From: Eledone cirrhosa
Taxonomy: Eukaryota
Direction: 5' to 3'
DNA length: 64,000 nt
Assembly: GCA_964016885.1 (NCBI GenBank)
Contig: OZ024742.1
Location: 211,234,001-211,298,000, forward strand
The number at the start of each line of letters is the position of its first letter. Positions within the stretch are counted from its first letter, which is position 1. Under the pieces are notes generated by a model. It had not been told where the DNA came from. It searched no databases and saw only the letters and a list, made by a program, of their open reading frames with translations. Both the position numbers and the translations under genes were made by a program. This document shows positions 1 through 13,485 of the stretch, in pieces.

Positions 1-370
1 TGTTCATTTAATTTACGTGCTTGTTGCCAATTTCTATGTTTAGTCCTAGATTTGTTGTTTCTATAGGTGTGGGTAGTGCTATTAATATTAAGTGTGTTGT
101 TATATTTTGTATCTGGTATGTATTTGAGTCTCTCTTTATGGCCTGCCGTAAGTAAAGCTATGTTGTCGTAGTTAGCGTGTTCATTAAAAATCTCTAGGTT
201 AGAAGATAGGCGCGAGATTCTAAGGGATATACTATGTGCTATGGAGTTAATTATGGATCGAGGGTGATTAGAGTTATAATCAGTGTAAGGTAAATTTTCA
301 TTATTTTTATGGAAGGGTTCTATTAGTCCTGAGTTAAGGTTGAGCGATACAGCTAAGAAGTTAGCTTTTT
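1..370 (-). mobile_element. Penelope-like retroelement RT fragment
   Basis: Minus-strand translation ANFLAVSLNLNSGLIEPFHKNNENLPYTDYNSNHPRSIINSIAHSISLRISRLSSNLEIF aligns with the Penelope ORF at 2556-3524 (VNYLDVTLNLSNG...SNHPTSI...SLRLSRLSTNEHIF); abuts a (TA)n tract. Confidence 0.75.
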
Positions 371-371
371 A

Positions 372-413
<42 letters not shown>

Positions 414-567
414 ATATATCTCATGAAATAATACAGCTAATTTTCCACACAATACAATTAGTTAGCACCACAAACGTTTAATTAGGAATATACTCACTTA
501 TTTCCTAATGTTTGTTGAGTGAGTTGGGATTTGGCCGGAGTATCGCTATTAGCTTTCTCCGATAATG

Positions 568-598
<31 letters not shown>

Positions 599-599
<1 letters not shown>

Positions 600-1812
600 A
601 GACTAAAGTTCTAGTTTGTAGGAAAGAAAACAAGGCGGCGGTCCCTTCTGGGAAATGGTCGTGCTCGGTGTGTAGGAAAGGCGTAGGTAGAAACTCCATT
701 TTATGTCCTAAATGCAAAGTATGGGTGCATAAAAGATGTAGTGGGATCACAGGTAAGCTAACTAAGAACATAGATTTTACATGTGGCCGGTGTTCTGGTG
801 CAATAAGTAGCAGCAAGTGCCCACAAAATACTAGCTCTTTCAATTGCGCAGAGGGTTCTATAGAAATAGTGGACAGCTTCCGTTACCTGGGCGATAAAAT
901 CAGCAGTGGGGGAGGGTGCTCTGAAAGTACAGTAGCTAGAGTCAGAACTGGTTGGAAAAAGTTCAGAGAGCTTATACCACTATTAGCTGCTAAAGGGTTC
1001 TCCCTAAAAATGAAAGGCAGGTTGTACGATGCCTGCATACGAACAGCAATGTTGCATGGCAGTGAGACCTGGGCATTGTGTGCAGAGGATATACGCAGAC
1101 TAGAGAGGAACGAAGCTTGCATGCTCCGCTGGATGTGTAACAGTAATATACGTGAACGGCAAAGCATAAACGAACTAAGGAAAAAATTAGAAATAAGAGG
1201 GATCAGATGTTGTTTACTCGAGAGAAGGCTACGTTGGTATGGACACGTGATGCGCATGAAAGTCGATAGCTGTATAACAAAGTGCAGGGCAATAAAGATA
1301 GACGGTAGCCACGGAATAGGCAGACCTAGAAAAACCTGGGAGGAGCTGATAAACTCCGACCTCACACACTTACACCTCTCCAAGACAATGTCACTGGACC
1401 GAGACCTTTGGCGGTACTCAGTAACAGAGAAGACCCACCTTGCCAGTAGGCATCTCTAACAAAATACACCCCGTCCCACCACCCCCACCCCATCCACACC
1501 ACCCCGTTCTATGTAAAGTTATGTTGGTGCCGCGCCATCCAGGCCGAAACAAATGAGATCGTGTAGGTGTCACGACAAAAAAACACACAGTCCACGCTGT
1601 AATGTGGCCGTGTAGGCAACACGGTAAAAACCTCCCAGTCCCACACTGTAAATGTGGTTGGTGTTAGGAAGGGCATCCAACTGTAGAAAACCTGCCAGAC
1701 AGTCCTATGCGAGCAAGACAATCACTCTTGCCTCAAGTGGGACTACCCCCGTCCAAACCCATGCAAGCGTGGAACACGGACGTTAAACGTTGATGATGAT
1801 GATGATGATGAT
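599..1812 (+). mobile_element. 5'-truncated RTE-clade LINE (RT C-terminus, 3' UTR, (GAT)n tail)
   Basis: ORF 668-1459 has FRYLG, LHGSETW, RRLRWYGHVMRM and GRPRKTW motifs typical of RTE; ends in gatgatgat at about 1792-1812. Confidence 0.9.
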
Positions 1813-2150
1813 ATATACAAGGGATAACAATACGTCATTATGTGGAGCGATGGGGAACAATTACACACACGTTTATGGTATAAATGAAGTCGTAGACTAA
1901 TATTCTATTTAGGAAGCCGAATGATTCTCGGCTTCAGAGTTAAGAATAATGTAAATAAATTAGTAGAACGAAAATGACAGAGGTTGTTGAAATCAACAAT
2001 TAAATGTATACATACATGCATCCATATACGTACATACACATGCATACGCGAAAACACCCACCATGCAAGCATATACAAGCACATACACATAAACTCGCAC
2101 ATACATACGAACGTATACACCAAATACACATAAAAAAAAAAATTTTTTAA

Positions 2151-2184
<34 letters not shown>

Positions 2185-2555
2185 ATACATATAATTATAT
2201 AAACGTATATAAATATACACACATAAATACGTATATAACGCACGCACACACATACCTACAGGTAAATACACATATGTACACTAAACGTACGTCAATCAAA
2301 ACACTAAGTACACATATACACACCTTACATACGTGCAAACACGCATACACACACAAACACAAAATACACATATATATATATAATATAATATCTACAACTA
2401 TAACAAATACAAGCAAATATACATACGAGAAAGTATACATACCTTCACAAATCATACGGGTAAGGTATACTTACCTATACAAATAAGTAATGGTATCAAC
2501 ATAAAATATACTTAGCTACCACATCGAGACGTAAATTATCCGCGTATTGTCCGTA

Positions 2556-4771
2556 CTATCCGTTAGGGTATAATGTGGGGCTGTAATACAGGCAAGTTTT
2601 ATGCAATTTATGTTTACAAGCCGAAATTGCCTCAGATTTTTTGTTTAAGATGTGGTCATTGGCGTAGAGTATTTCCAGGGCTTCAGCGGCGCAAAGATTG
2701 CATGGTCTTTTATTTCCATTATACGATCTAAATTTAGCTACGATCTCCCAGTGTATCCTATATTGGGTGTGGTTGTCTTTTAGACTCCAGAAATAAGCTG
2801 AAAGTGACGTCATATTCCTTCTTAAAGGGTTAAGAAAAGAATGGGTATGCATGTAAAGACGCTGCTTGAATCTATTAGCGGTTAACCCTATGTAGGCCCT
2901 ACGGGAAGTGGGTGTTTCAACCTTACATTTGTAGACAATGTTACTAGAGAGGCATTTCCCGGATAGAGGGCAGTCAACCCGATTCCTACAATTACAGTTA
3001 GTACTAGCTACAGGGTTGCACGTGTTCCTACGGCTAAGTAATTTAGCTAAATTTGAAGCAGTGATGTTATGTGAAATGTTAGGAGTTATACAGTAAGATA
3101 TTTTAATGGTATTTCTATTAAAAATTTTATTATATTTATGTGCTGAGGGGAAATGCTTCATAAGGGAGAGAAAGATCTTAGCTAATGGTGTGGCCACCTC
3201 CATATTATATGGTGGGTTATACCATATAATTCGTCGGGATCTATTTTTCCTTGGTCTATGCACATACTTAGTATATGCTACCTTATCGACAAATCCACTC
3301 CGAGCAAGAGCTTCATTGTAATATGTGGAATGGTCGGTGAAAATATGCTCGTTTGTAGATAGACGGGAAAGCCTCAAAGAAACGTTTCTTACCAGGTTCT
3401 TGGTTATGCTGGTAGGATGGTTGGAATGCTTACTTATGTAATTAAGCGTATCATTCAGCTTTCTATACGGGTAGTGCAAGCCATTCGACAAATTGAGAGT
3501 AACGTCGAGGTAATTAACAACCAAGAGGTTGGCCTCAACCTGTATGGAAAGGTTGAAGCCTTTAAAGAAGGATATGAGTTCTTTTTCTGAACCTGTCGCA
3601 AGCGCGTGGACCGCACTTTGTCATGGTCAAAAGACCATCATCACGGTACAAACCACCGCCCATATTGGGGAATTCTTCCTTGATAGAGAATAGAAGCAAA
3701 AGGCCGATAAGATCAGTAACCTCCGCCGAATCGCTGGCGCCCATACTCACATCGAATGGGGTATTATTAGATTTTTTAGTTGAAATTAATCACCGACTTA
3801 TGGGCGTTGAGGATGACATCAACTTCGAAATCTTTAATCACCGTGAGCGTTTTAGCGAAATTGATAGCTCTAAGAAGAAGTGGTAAAATGATGGAGGGGT
3901 AGTAGTGTTATTGATGTCGAATTGGATAAAACGGCAACGTTCCTTGTTGCATATGCCATTGAACCAATCAATCACCGCGAAAGAATTGTTCCACAGTGCA
4001 AGAGGGGCCAAGCTTCTAATTTCAGGTATAATTCTATCTAAAATCCTTTTACTAAGTCTACCTAAATCGGACTTTGTAGGGTTAATAAGCTGAATAGAGG
4101 GGTTGTTGGCGAAATTGGGTTTGTGATCCTTCAGGGTAGAGTGGGGAGAAATAGAGTCCAGAGGATCAGTCCGATCCTGGTTGTTGAGTTCAGAGGTGAT
4201 TTTAAACCCAGCATCGTTGATATCATTAATGACACTCCGATTAGTTTTCCGGTAATCCTTAGTTACAGCATTATGTAGCAGTTGGTGGTAAGTACTGCAC
4301 TCCACTTGATATAGATTGCCAGTTTTGTCGGAGTGGACGTGCACGGCATTAGAATCCTTAATAGAGCGAACTCTATTCTTCGGGCCCTGCTGGAAGGAAT
4401 TGCTCCTATTCCGAAATTTGATAATCCGTATGAGTTCCAAGACATCGTTTTCAAAGGGTAGCAATGCTGGGTTACTCGGAGGGTTATTATAAGTTTTAAA
4501 CCAAAATTTATCCTGTTTATTGTCTGCTTTTTCCTGATTATCAAAATAAAAGTGATGCCAACACAACGTTTTAATGGACGAGTCTGTTTTCTGTATCAGG
4601 AGTTTTAGGTATGTCTTTCTGCTTAGTACGGGTATGTTCTTTGTAGAAATATTCAGATGTTATTTCTGCATGATGAATATAACTCAATAGAGTGCTGAAC
4701 CGAGGGAGCCAAATAGTAATAATAATAAATTTGAAGACTAAAATCCAAAGATAAGGATAAATATATATCAA
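2556..4771 (-). mobile_element. Penelope-like element (RT plus C-terminal GIY-YIG endonuclease), frameshifted
   Basis: ORFs 3838-4566, 3562-3750 (GGGLYRDDGL, YxDD) and 2556-3524 (CNCRNRVDCPLSGKC linker, IVYKC...AYIGLT, CNLCAAE). Confidence 0.9.
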
Positions 4772-4820
4772 ATATATAAGAACTCTAGAGCAAATATTTA
4801 TTAAAATTTATTAAAACAGA

Positions 4821-5140
4821 TTAAAGTTTAAGCAAAGAATTGCTGCTTTCACCCTTAATGGGATCTTCTGAAACAAAAAAATCAATCTGTGAACGCAGAA
4901 GTAAATATTTCGAAATGTTTTTTGTGTATGCAAAAATATCTGTCAGTGATGCATGTGATTATGTAATCGCCGGCCTAGTTTGTATAGATTTTGTTTTTGT
5001 GTATGCAAAAATATCTGTACACGAATATCTATATTAAAATAACATATTAAAGTTTAAGCAAAGAATCGCTGCTTTCAACATTAACGGGATCTTCTGAAAC
5101 TAAAAAAATCAATCTGTGAACGCAGAAGTAAATATTTCGA
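4821..5140. repeat. Partial direct duplication (~95 bp) upstream of the Penelope ORF, pseudo-LTR-like
   Basis: ttaaagtttaagcaaagaat...gcagaagtaaatatttcgaaa occurs at about 4821 and 5047. Confidence 0.6.
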
Positions 5141-5349
5141 AAAACGTTCAACCGAAGGAAAACAGGAAGACGATACTTTGGTTCGTGAAGACGTTCCCTG
5201 GCATAAGAATATATATATACACACACTATATATACATATATACGCACACACATTAATCGCGTCATAATGACGTAGTGCAGACAGCCAGACATACAGACAG
5301 ATATTTTAAGGGTGCAACGTTATAGCTATGTATCTATCTAAAAAGAAAG

Positions 5350-5545
5350 ACTAAGAATTATAGAGAGAGATCGCTAAGTCACCTAATGCGGTCCCTAGGG
5401 CATTGAAAATTTGAATTTTTTTCTCAAAACACTCACAGGACCATAAGTATTACATGTGTAAAGTTTGAAAACAATCGGTTGCGTGTTTCTCGAGTTTTAG
5501 TGAGCTGACAGACAGATAGATATTCTCTGTTTTAGATATATAGAT
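5350..5545 (+). mobile_element. Possible non-autonomous Helitron-like repeat
   Basis: aagtttgaaaacaatcggtt...gacagacag...tttagatatatagat resembles the 3' ends of short invertebrate Helitron-derived repeats (pattern recall only). Confidence 0.35.
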
Positions 5546-5806
5546 AATATTCTATAATATAATAAAGGGAGGAGTGCGGGACATCGTCCGTTTTATAATT
5601 GTTTATCCCTTTAGTAAAATAAGTTGGATTACTTTGAATAAATAATGAATGAATATTATGTAATTTATCTACTAAATTTCGTAGCTCTTGATTAAGCATA
5701 AATATTCTTATATATAAAGTATTGCTTATTTTAAGATTCACTTCTTAAAAATGTTCAAATGTCAAATGTCAACACTTCCGGTTAGCGCCCGTTATATTAT
5801 ATTATA

Positions 5807-5975
5807 TAGGGTCGGACGCTATGCTTTACAGAAAAGGGGTTACGGCCCTTTATGGTCTGAGTTCAAATCCCGCCGAGGTTAACTCTGCCTTTCATCCTTG
5901 CGGGGTCGATAAAATAAAGTACCAGTAATGCGCTGGCATAGTTGCTGGCCTTGTACCAAAAGTAGAAACAGTTAT
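5807..5975 (+). mobile_element. tRNA-derived SINE (5'-partial)
   Basis: B-box gagttcaaatcc followed by gcctttcatcc...gggtcgataaaataaagtaccag, shared with the copies at 12858, 21000, 28200, 29800 and 53326. Confidence 0.8.
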
Positions 5976-6276
5976 ATCATAACACTTATTACATCGCTTA
6001 TATAAACGTTCATATATTTGCATCGTTATATAAGGTTTATATTTAGGTCACTAATTTTCTACTTTATCATTTTATATATGCAGTTTATATATAATATCAT
6101 CTTTTTTTTAATGTATCATGGATTACTGTTACAGACTTCGTTCAATTTCTGTGCTTATTATCAATTACGATTTCATTTGACGTATCATATCAACATGCGT
6201 ATATATTTGCTTATAATATCAATATGCACACTACACATGCTAGCAGAAAACCATCTGAGGGTGGTTTTTCTGCTAG

Positions 6277-6690
6277 TAATAATTGTTTCTATTTTAGGCA
6301 CAAGGCCAGCAATTACCCAGTACATTACTGGGACTAATAATAATAATAATAATTGTTCCTATTTTAGGCACAAGGCCAGCAATTACCCAGTACATTACTG
6401 GGACTAATAATAATAATAATAATTGTTCCTATTTTAGGCACAAGGCCAGCAATTACCCAGTACATTACTGGGACTAATAATAATAATAATAATTGTTTCT
6501 ATTTTAGGCACAAGGCCAGCAATTACCCAGTACATTACTGGTACTAATAATAATAATAATTGTTTCTATTTTAGGCACAAGGCCAGCAAATACCCAGTAC
6601 ATTACTGGTACTAATAATAATAATGTTTCTATTTTGGGCACAAGGCAAGCAATTACCCAGTACATTACTGGTACTAATAATAATAATTTC
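6277..6690. repeat. Minisatellite, ~6 x 60-65 bp, derived from the SINE 3' end
   Basis: Unit (aat)n-tgtttctattttaggcacaaggccagcaattacccagtacattactgg(g/t)act matches the SINE tail at 12858-12910. Confidence 0.9.
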
Positions 6691-7244
6691 TGCTAGTAAT
6701 AATAACAATCATCATCATCATCATCGTTTAACGTCCATCTTCCACGCTAGCATGGGTTTGGACGGGAGTTTTCCCACTTGAGGCAAGATTGGTTGTCTTG
6801 CTCGTATAGGACTGTCTGGCGGGTTTATAAAAATAATATACATAATTAGTTTTTTATTTCATCTGGGGGACATCAACAATGGATATGGGAAGCGGGAATC
6901 TGTAGTAGTATGGCTTTAAAGCAGCTTGTATCTATTATCTATCATATCTATAGCAACAGCAACATGGCAACAGTAGTGGCAGTAATAGTGGCATTGGCAA
7001 GGGGTGAGGAGGTTGGGTAGTAGTAGATTGTGGAGGTTGTAGTAGTAAGAGAACTATAGTATTGGTGATTGTGGAGGTGGTTGTTGTAGTGAAGTAAAGG
7101 TGTCAGCAATAAAAGTAGTATTAGTGGTGGTGGTGGTGGGTAGCAATAGAGTGGGAGGAGCTATGGTGATTGTGTGGTGTGCCAACAAAATTGGTAGTGA
7201 CAATAATATCAGCAATGTTACAACAGTAGCTGCAGCAAAAGTGA

Positions 7245-7245
7245 C

Positions 7246-7296
<51 letters not shown>

Positions 7297-7325
7297 GGTG
7301 GTGGTGGTGGTAACAACAATAACAA
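7245..7325. repeat. (GTA)n/(GTG)n microsatellite
   Basis: Direct inspection; it explains the poly-T/V/H/Y ORFs here. Confidence 0.95.
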
Positions 7326-7329
7326 TTAT

Positions 7330-8670
7330 TTTTATGTACTGCCCCAAGGTCCAGCAAAAGGGGGACAATACAATAGACAGGGACAGTGGGGGTTTACACT
7401 GAAATCGAGGAGAAATAACAAACAAAAGAAAATTCCCCAATAGCGGGGAGGACCACATAGGGGAGATTTAGGAACCCCATAAATCCTAAATTACCCGAAG
7501 GTCCAAGAATATTTTAGGAGGGTGCCCCTCTCCCCTCCAAATCAGCTAGCCTACGGATGCATGGTCAGAGTAGGCCCATTTACACAGGCCATCTTCGCAA
7601 CATTGAGCCACCTTTTAACAAATGTACTGGAGGGCAGCACTTCCCTCTCCAATTTCCCCTTCTCTTCCAAGTGAAACTTGAAATAGTTGCTGAAGGATTG
7701 GCTGAAGAGGAAAGTGTCTGTCTTCAGTCCTTTCAGTCTCGTCCACCACACAACCTCTTTCACTACCACCACTAGACAGAGGAAAGTTGCCTGCCCTGCC
7801 TAGCCAAAAGAAAGCAGTGGGGCAATCTTCATGATGGGCTCTTATGATAACCAGATTCTTCCTACATGTAATAACAGCTGTTCGACATAACTCTACAAGT
7901 CAGTAATGCATGAACACTGGATGAGTGCATGCAGAACGGTCTTATTGATCTGCGCGCATCTTGGACAGAGCCATCTGAATGCACTTCCATGATTATAGAG
8001 TTTATCTCGAACTGGCAGTGCCAGTATTCCAGATGCCACGCGCCCAGTTTCAGTCTCTTCTTGACCCAGGACTGATGCTCAGTCAAAGAGACAAGCTGTA
8101 GAAAGGCCTATCTCACAGATGGTGACCACATATGTTCACCATTTAAGAATATTTGAAGATGCTGTAGCCTCAGAAAATGTTTACACATCATCAGCCATAA
8201 CACCTCACTAATGGAACCTGTCCTCACAACCACCTCACTAATGGAACCTGTCCCTTCCACAAGAAGTTGAAGAGCAAGCATTCCAACTTGGTGAGGTGCA
8301 AACAGGGGCAAGGCACAACAGTCAGGTGATAATAGATGACGAATGCGATGTACGTGTTCGCCACCTCCATCCCTCTTGGTCTATTTTCGGGTGTGAATGA
8401 CCACCCTGCTCGTTACCTCATCCTAGTTCTTATCCACCTGGAGGTCTGGTCCAAACCAGACTATGAGCAACTTCACCGGTCCATCCGTCCAGTGCCCAAT
8501 GATGCTATTGAATGGCATGGATTTGCCTCTCCAGGTGATGAGCTACAAATTGACTTTTCAGGGTTCAGTTTTGCTCCTGTCAACCTTTCATATTCTTCTA
8601 AAAAGTTGCCAACCACCTTGATTTCTGAGGTGTTCGACACCATCACGGTGATGCAGCCCATCCACATGCT
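7330..8670 (-). mobile_element. Degenerate L1/Tx1-like LINE 3' part
   Basis: ORF 8473-8667 ITVMVS...LEEYERLTGAKLNPEKS resembles the region after RT YADD; ORF 7862-8086 has an RPFC...SVHALLTC zinc-knuckle remnant. Confidence 0.6.
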
Positions 8671-8744
8671 GGTAAGGTAAATCTTTTTTGCAGGATGATT
8701 TTACGGTTCTAATCAATGGTGAGTTTACAGTTATGATAGACGTA

Positions 8745-9575
8745 CAGGTATACCTCGGCTTACGTCATTTTGAGTTTCATAATTTTTTAAGTTAGGGTGG
8801 TTTTTCTTAATATTATATGGCAAAAATAAACCTCGTGTTATGTCAATTGACTCAAATTTAAGTCACTCTGCAAAAAATATTAAACCCTAAAAAACCCTAA
8901 AAAAACAAAACATATAAAATCACATTTAACCCTTTAGCATTTATAATACTCTGTATTTACTATTGTATTTTCATGGTAAAGGCTTTATCTCACATAATAT
9001 TGAATCTATAAGATTTTGATATTATTTATTTAGAGAACAATACCTTAACATCAGTTTGAGTGACTAGTTATGGCCGGTTTTAACAGAGCAAGGTGAGAGA
9101 ATTTTGGCTGGATATGGCTGGTTTAAATGCTAAAGGATTAATCCTTGAAGATAAGAAGAGCAAGAGAATTCAAGGCACTCTCAACCAGTTTCTTCAGCGC
9201 GTTCAAATACAACATGAATCATCTACTACAGACGTTCCTCAAACATCAACGTCCACGATGTAACCGCTTCTTCCTATGCCAGCCCCAACAAGCAACATCA
9301 ACATCACCCATCAGAAGGGATATAGGATTAAAAATTATTTCTTGGTAAATTTAACATAGTTTTTTTTACTAAACCTGTCTTATTTAAAATGCTTACATAA
9401 ATTAAAGTGAACTGTAGTGTACAGTGCATGTAAGTTAAAGTAGAGTTAAAGTACAGCACTGGGAAATACCTATTAGTGGTTTATGGAGGGGAGGGGGCTA
9501 ATTCAGCAATTGTTGTTTTTCAACTTAAGTATTGACTTCTGGAACCAATTAATGACATAGGGTGAAGCAAACCTG
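8745..9575. mobile_element. Tc1/mariner (Tigger-like) non-autonomous DNA transposon
   Basis: ta|caggtatacctcggcttacgtcatt ... aatgacatagggtgaagcaaacctg|ta: imperfect TIRs with a TA TSD. Confidence 0.6.
8930..9137. mobile_element. piggyBac-like MITE
   Basis: TTAA|ccctttagcattta ... taaatgctaaagga|TTAA; a second copy lies at 10552-10760. Confidence 0.8.
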
Positions 9576-9707
9576 TATAGAGATTGTACTATATTTAACC
9601 AATATCTGACTAAATAAATGCATAAGTGCAGGCTAGTGCCCACCTTACATTCAAATGTTTGACATTATGGACAAATCAAAATTAAAATGTTTGAAAAAAA
9701 TAGTTAC

Positions 9708-9821
9708 CTGTATTTACCAGTTGAGATATCCCATATATATACAATCCGATCCCATCCACCAGTGGCCAGGAAGTGGTCATTTAAAGTTAGTGAACAACAA
9801 GAAACAATATTCTTGTGTGCT
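9708..9821 (-). CDS. WDR88: WD40-repeat protein (WDR88-like), exon 6 of those found
   Basis: acag| ... |gtaact; phase 2 to 2; AHKNIVSCCSLTLNDHFLATGGWDRIVYIWDISTGKYR resembles WDR88 AHSNAISNCC...WDK...W..TGEFR (recalled). Confidence 0.85.
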
Positions 9822-10207
9822 CTGTGTCATGAAACAAAATAAAAACTGTATCACAATAACACTTAAATTATTTGATCTCTTCTGACTTTTCATTGGATTA
9901 GGCATTAGTTGATATAATGTATTAATCTTCAGAAATAAAACCATTTTTATAAACATGGAAATTAGAAGGAGCAGTTAAAAAACGATTAGTTTCCTTCAGA
10001 AAAAATATTCAAGTTAGATAGGTATAGTAAGTATGTTCCTTAAATTTCTATAGGGTCAAATGTTTTTCATTTTTATTTTGAATGCACAAGAAGTAGGCTG
10101 TCAAACATATAGAAGTGTTGAAGAGGAATAATGGATTGTCTTGTTTATGACAAATTTACTATCTTTACACTTCATTTCATATTTTACTTTAAAAATGTTA
10201 TACTTAC

Positions 10208-10334
10208 AGCAGTGTAAGTGTGGTTTTGTTTGTTCTCAAATCATAAACTGTTACAGAACCATCAAAGGATGTAGAAATTAATTTATCATTCTCTTGTGTG
10301 AACTTTAAAGATGTTGGAGTTTTTCTGGACAGAT
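10208..10334 (-). CDS. WDR88: WDR88-like exon 5
   Basis: ttacag| ... |gtaagt; phase 1 to 2; DLSRKTPTSLKFTQENDKLISTSFDGSVTVYDLRTNKTTLTLL. Confidence 0.85.
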
Positions 10335-10551
10335 CTGTAAATAATAAGAAAAAGTCTTATTTTATGCAAAGAAAAATTAAGTCAGCTTTTGTTTATGTAG
10401 GATATTGTTTGAAATCCAACTACAGGTTCTCAATCCTTTATCCAAAACCCTCTGATTAGGAATTTTTAATTTGTTTTAGATTTTAGATACAAAAAAGACA
10501 CAAATACCTCACTACACCTGAGTGGAATAGGCAACATGTAAGTAGCATTAA

Positions 10552-10760
10552 CCCTTTAGCATACACATTACTCTATATTTACTATTGGATTTTTCACAGT
10601 AAAGGCTTTACTTCACATAATATCGAATCTATGAGATTTTGATATTATTTATTTTGAGAACAATACCTTAAAGTCGGTATGAAGGGCAAGTTATGGCCAG
10701 TTTGAACAGAAAAAGATGAGAGAATTCTGGCTGGATATGGCCGGTTTAAATGTTAAAGGG
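10552..10760. mobile_element. piggyBac-like MITE, second copy
   Basis: TTAA|ccctttagcat ... atgttaaaggg|TTAA; homologous to 8930-9137. Confidence 0.85.
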
Positions 10761-12260
10761 TTAAGGCAGTTTTGATACCTTGTTATGATTTTCAAATATT
10801 GGAATCATATATAAGAGATTATGAACCTTTACTTATATCATCATCCTCATCATCGTTTAATGCCTGTTTTAAGGGTTGGACATGTCGTTATAGACCGGTC
10901 AGAGAATCTGACCTCAGGATGGGCCAAGAGCCTGGCATAGGATCCTGCATTCAATTGAGTACATTATATAATGGCACCAACACAAGGGAAGTTGTTATGT
11001 CTTTGGCATAGCAGAAGAGTCTTTCTAATCCTTTGTTTGGTAGGTTTTCTATGATTGGATGCCATTTCTATCATGAACCAATTTACAGAGTATACTAGAT
11101 ATTTGTTTATCATGTAGATCATGAACATTAGGGACATTGACATGTCAATGGCACAACTGAAGACTCATCTTGACCCTGTGTTTCACAAGTTTTATACAGC
11201 TGGATGCCCTCCCTGGCACCATTCACTTTAAATTATGTTTCAAATAGTGTTTGATAATGAAGAGAAAGATTAGCCTTAGGATCAAGATAAAAAGATTAAT
11301 CTATACCAAAAGGAAAAGATAATTTATGAGTAAATAACCACAGTGACAGTGAAGTCCAAATAATGGACTGAAAAGTAATAAATTCAAACCTTAAATGATC
11401 AATATAAAAGTCATTCTTTTTTTTTTTTTTTTTTGAGACTTAAATGGCTAGCAGTAGAAGGAAGATTCAATTTTAACTCTTAACAAAATATATCTAAAAG
11501 TAGGTTTGTTAATTCATATGTATATTCTGTCTTTACTAGTGAGCAGATCGTTGTGAAAATTTGCAGTATTAGAGTAATGGTTTTAATTTTTAATGTGATG
11601 CAGTCGCAGCGCTGTTTTGTAATTTTCAAGAATGTTTTGCCAATGCCGTTTGATGTGGTACAGAGTTAAAGATTCTGGCCCAAAATTCTGTTGCTAACAC
11701 AGCTCTGTGTTTTAATCATACCAAAGTAAACTGATAATAGATGGTAAAATAAGTTAACTCTTTCAATGCCAAAACAATATGAAACCACCCTTGGTTCTAC
11801 GATACACAATTAGTTTGTCTCAGTTTTCCTTACTTCATCATTTAATTGATAATTTTTTGAAGGGTATCCAGCTGTGAAAACTATTGTGCAAGTAAAAATG
11901 GAGGAACGTGGCCTAGTGGTTAGGGTATTGAAATAATCTTAAGATTGTGGGTTCAATTCCTATCACAAAAATGGATGTAAAACAGAACTGAATTAACTTC
12001 TGTGAAGAGTAAATGACAAAACAAACTTCTTTGCCCACTTATTCCAGGAGGGTGGTGGGGGCAGAATCTTCAGGCATGCCTTCCAGCAGGTCTTGTCAGA
12101 ATCAATTGCCTCCAATTGATCCAACTGGATCCCAAAGCAAGACCAGCCAAGCTCAAAGATATTATCCAACCATCTTGCTCAGAATCTACTTCTGGGTCTT
12201 CTGTTGGTTGGTTTTGCCCGTAAAATTAACTTTCTTTTAAAAATATTTTATCATGCTTAC

Positions 12261-12399
12261 CCTGCATTTTATTAAAAACATTTGGGGCTCTTCTATCCCA
12301 GATTCTAATTTGATTATCAAGATCAGAACCAGATGCCAGCAGCTCTCCATCATGTGAAATTCTACAAGCCATGATAATTCCTCTATGTTCTCCATTCCA
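12261..12399 (-). CDS. WDR88: WDR88-like exon 4
   Basis: tttcag| ... |gtaagc; phase 0 to 1; WNGEHRGIIMACRISHDGELLASGSDLDNQIRIWDRRAPNVFNKMQ. Confidence 0.85.
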
Positions 12400-12857
12400 C
12401 TGAAATGATTCATTGGCAATGGGAGCATACATTAAAGAATATTCAAACAATCAGCAATCCCAAAGAATTTATCATATTAATGATAATTTTACTACAATGG
12501 AACTAGATGTTGCCTGAAAATCTGATGTTGGTGCTAGTGCTACAAATATTACTGGTACTATTACAACTAAAACTAATGATTGTCTATCAAATATATGAGG
12601 GGGATAGAGAAAAAACCTACTGTTACTGTTAGTTGTATTGCTTATAACTCTTCAGTATATCAATTTTTTGTAGGCTTTTTGTAATTGTCATCCCCACCAC
12701 CCCCAGCAAGCAGGGGCTCCATGACTAAAGCTATTTCACTTCACTAAAACATTTTTGTGATCAAGGCAAAGATGTTAGAGCATCTCCACCCAAAACTTAC
12801 ACTTCTTGATTTCTTTCTTTTTGATTACTTCAATCATTCTTACTATTCTATATTAAT

Positions 12858-13045
12858 TGTTTCTACTTTAGGCACAAGGCCAGCAATTACCCAGTGCATT
12901 ACTGGTACTTTATTTTATCGACCCCGTAAGGATGAAAGGCAAAGTCAACCTCGGCGGGATTTGAACTCAGAATGGCAAGGGACGTAACTATGCTGGAAAG
13001 CATAGCGTCCGACCCTCTACCGATACTGCCAATCCACCGCCCTTA
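12858..13045 (-). mobile_element. Full-length tRNA-derived SINE with 17-bp TSD
   Basis: TSD tactattctatattaat at 12841-12857 and 13046-13062; A-box-like tggcagtatcgg and B-box gagttcaaatcc on the minus strand. Confidence 0.9.
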
Positions 13046-13485
13046 TACTATTCTATATTAATATTTTGTAAACAGCCTAGTAGATAATCCATGCTACATT
13101 TCTTACTGAGATATTATCATTAAACCCATGCACACATATACACTTGGTCTTCTTCATGGCAGTTGACTCCTATTAATGATTTGTTATATTGCCATATTGC
13201 TACAATTTTATAACAAATCAATAGGAATGATAGTAATTTAATGATTGTGGGGAATGGGAAATCCCAATGATATCTCAATTAGACAAGACTTATTTATTAT
13301 CCAGAAGCTACTTGCACTTATGTATCTTGTATAAAACTGAGCCTCTAAAACAAAATAACTACATAACTTATAATAAGAAAGATACTGTAAACTAGAGTGA
13401 AAATAACCTTTCTCCTACTCAAGAATTTATATCAACTCCTTAACCAAACAGCAATGTAAATCCCTTTATTTGTAATAGTATAAAC

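Noticed and set aside
883-1383. Antisense ORFs over RTE and Gypsy coding regions (also 19780, 37508, 55819, 61359)
   Set aside because: They are shadow frames of transposon ORFs.
1905-2486. Several 86-114 aa ORFs on both strands
   Set aside because: They are translations of (TA)n/(CA)n low-complexity sequence.
6277-6690. Regular repeat array resembling CRISPR
   Set aside because: The units are contiguous with no unique spacers, are SINE-derived, and lie in eukaryotic DNA without cas genes.
7054-7458. Poly-Thr/Val/His/Tyr ORFs
   Set aside because: They come from a trinucleotide microsatellite.
8684-8725. Plus-strand micro-exon-like ttttgcag...gtgagt
   Set aside because: No partner exons were found; it lies between repeats and is likely chance.
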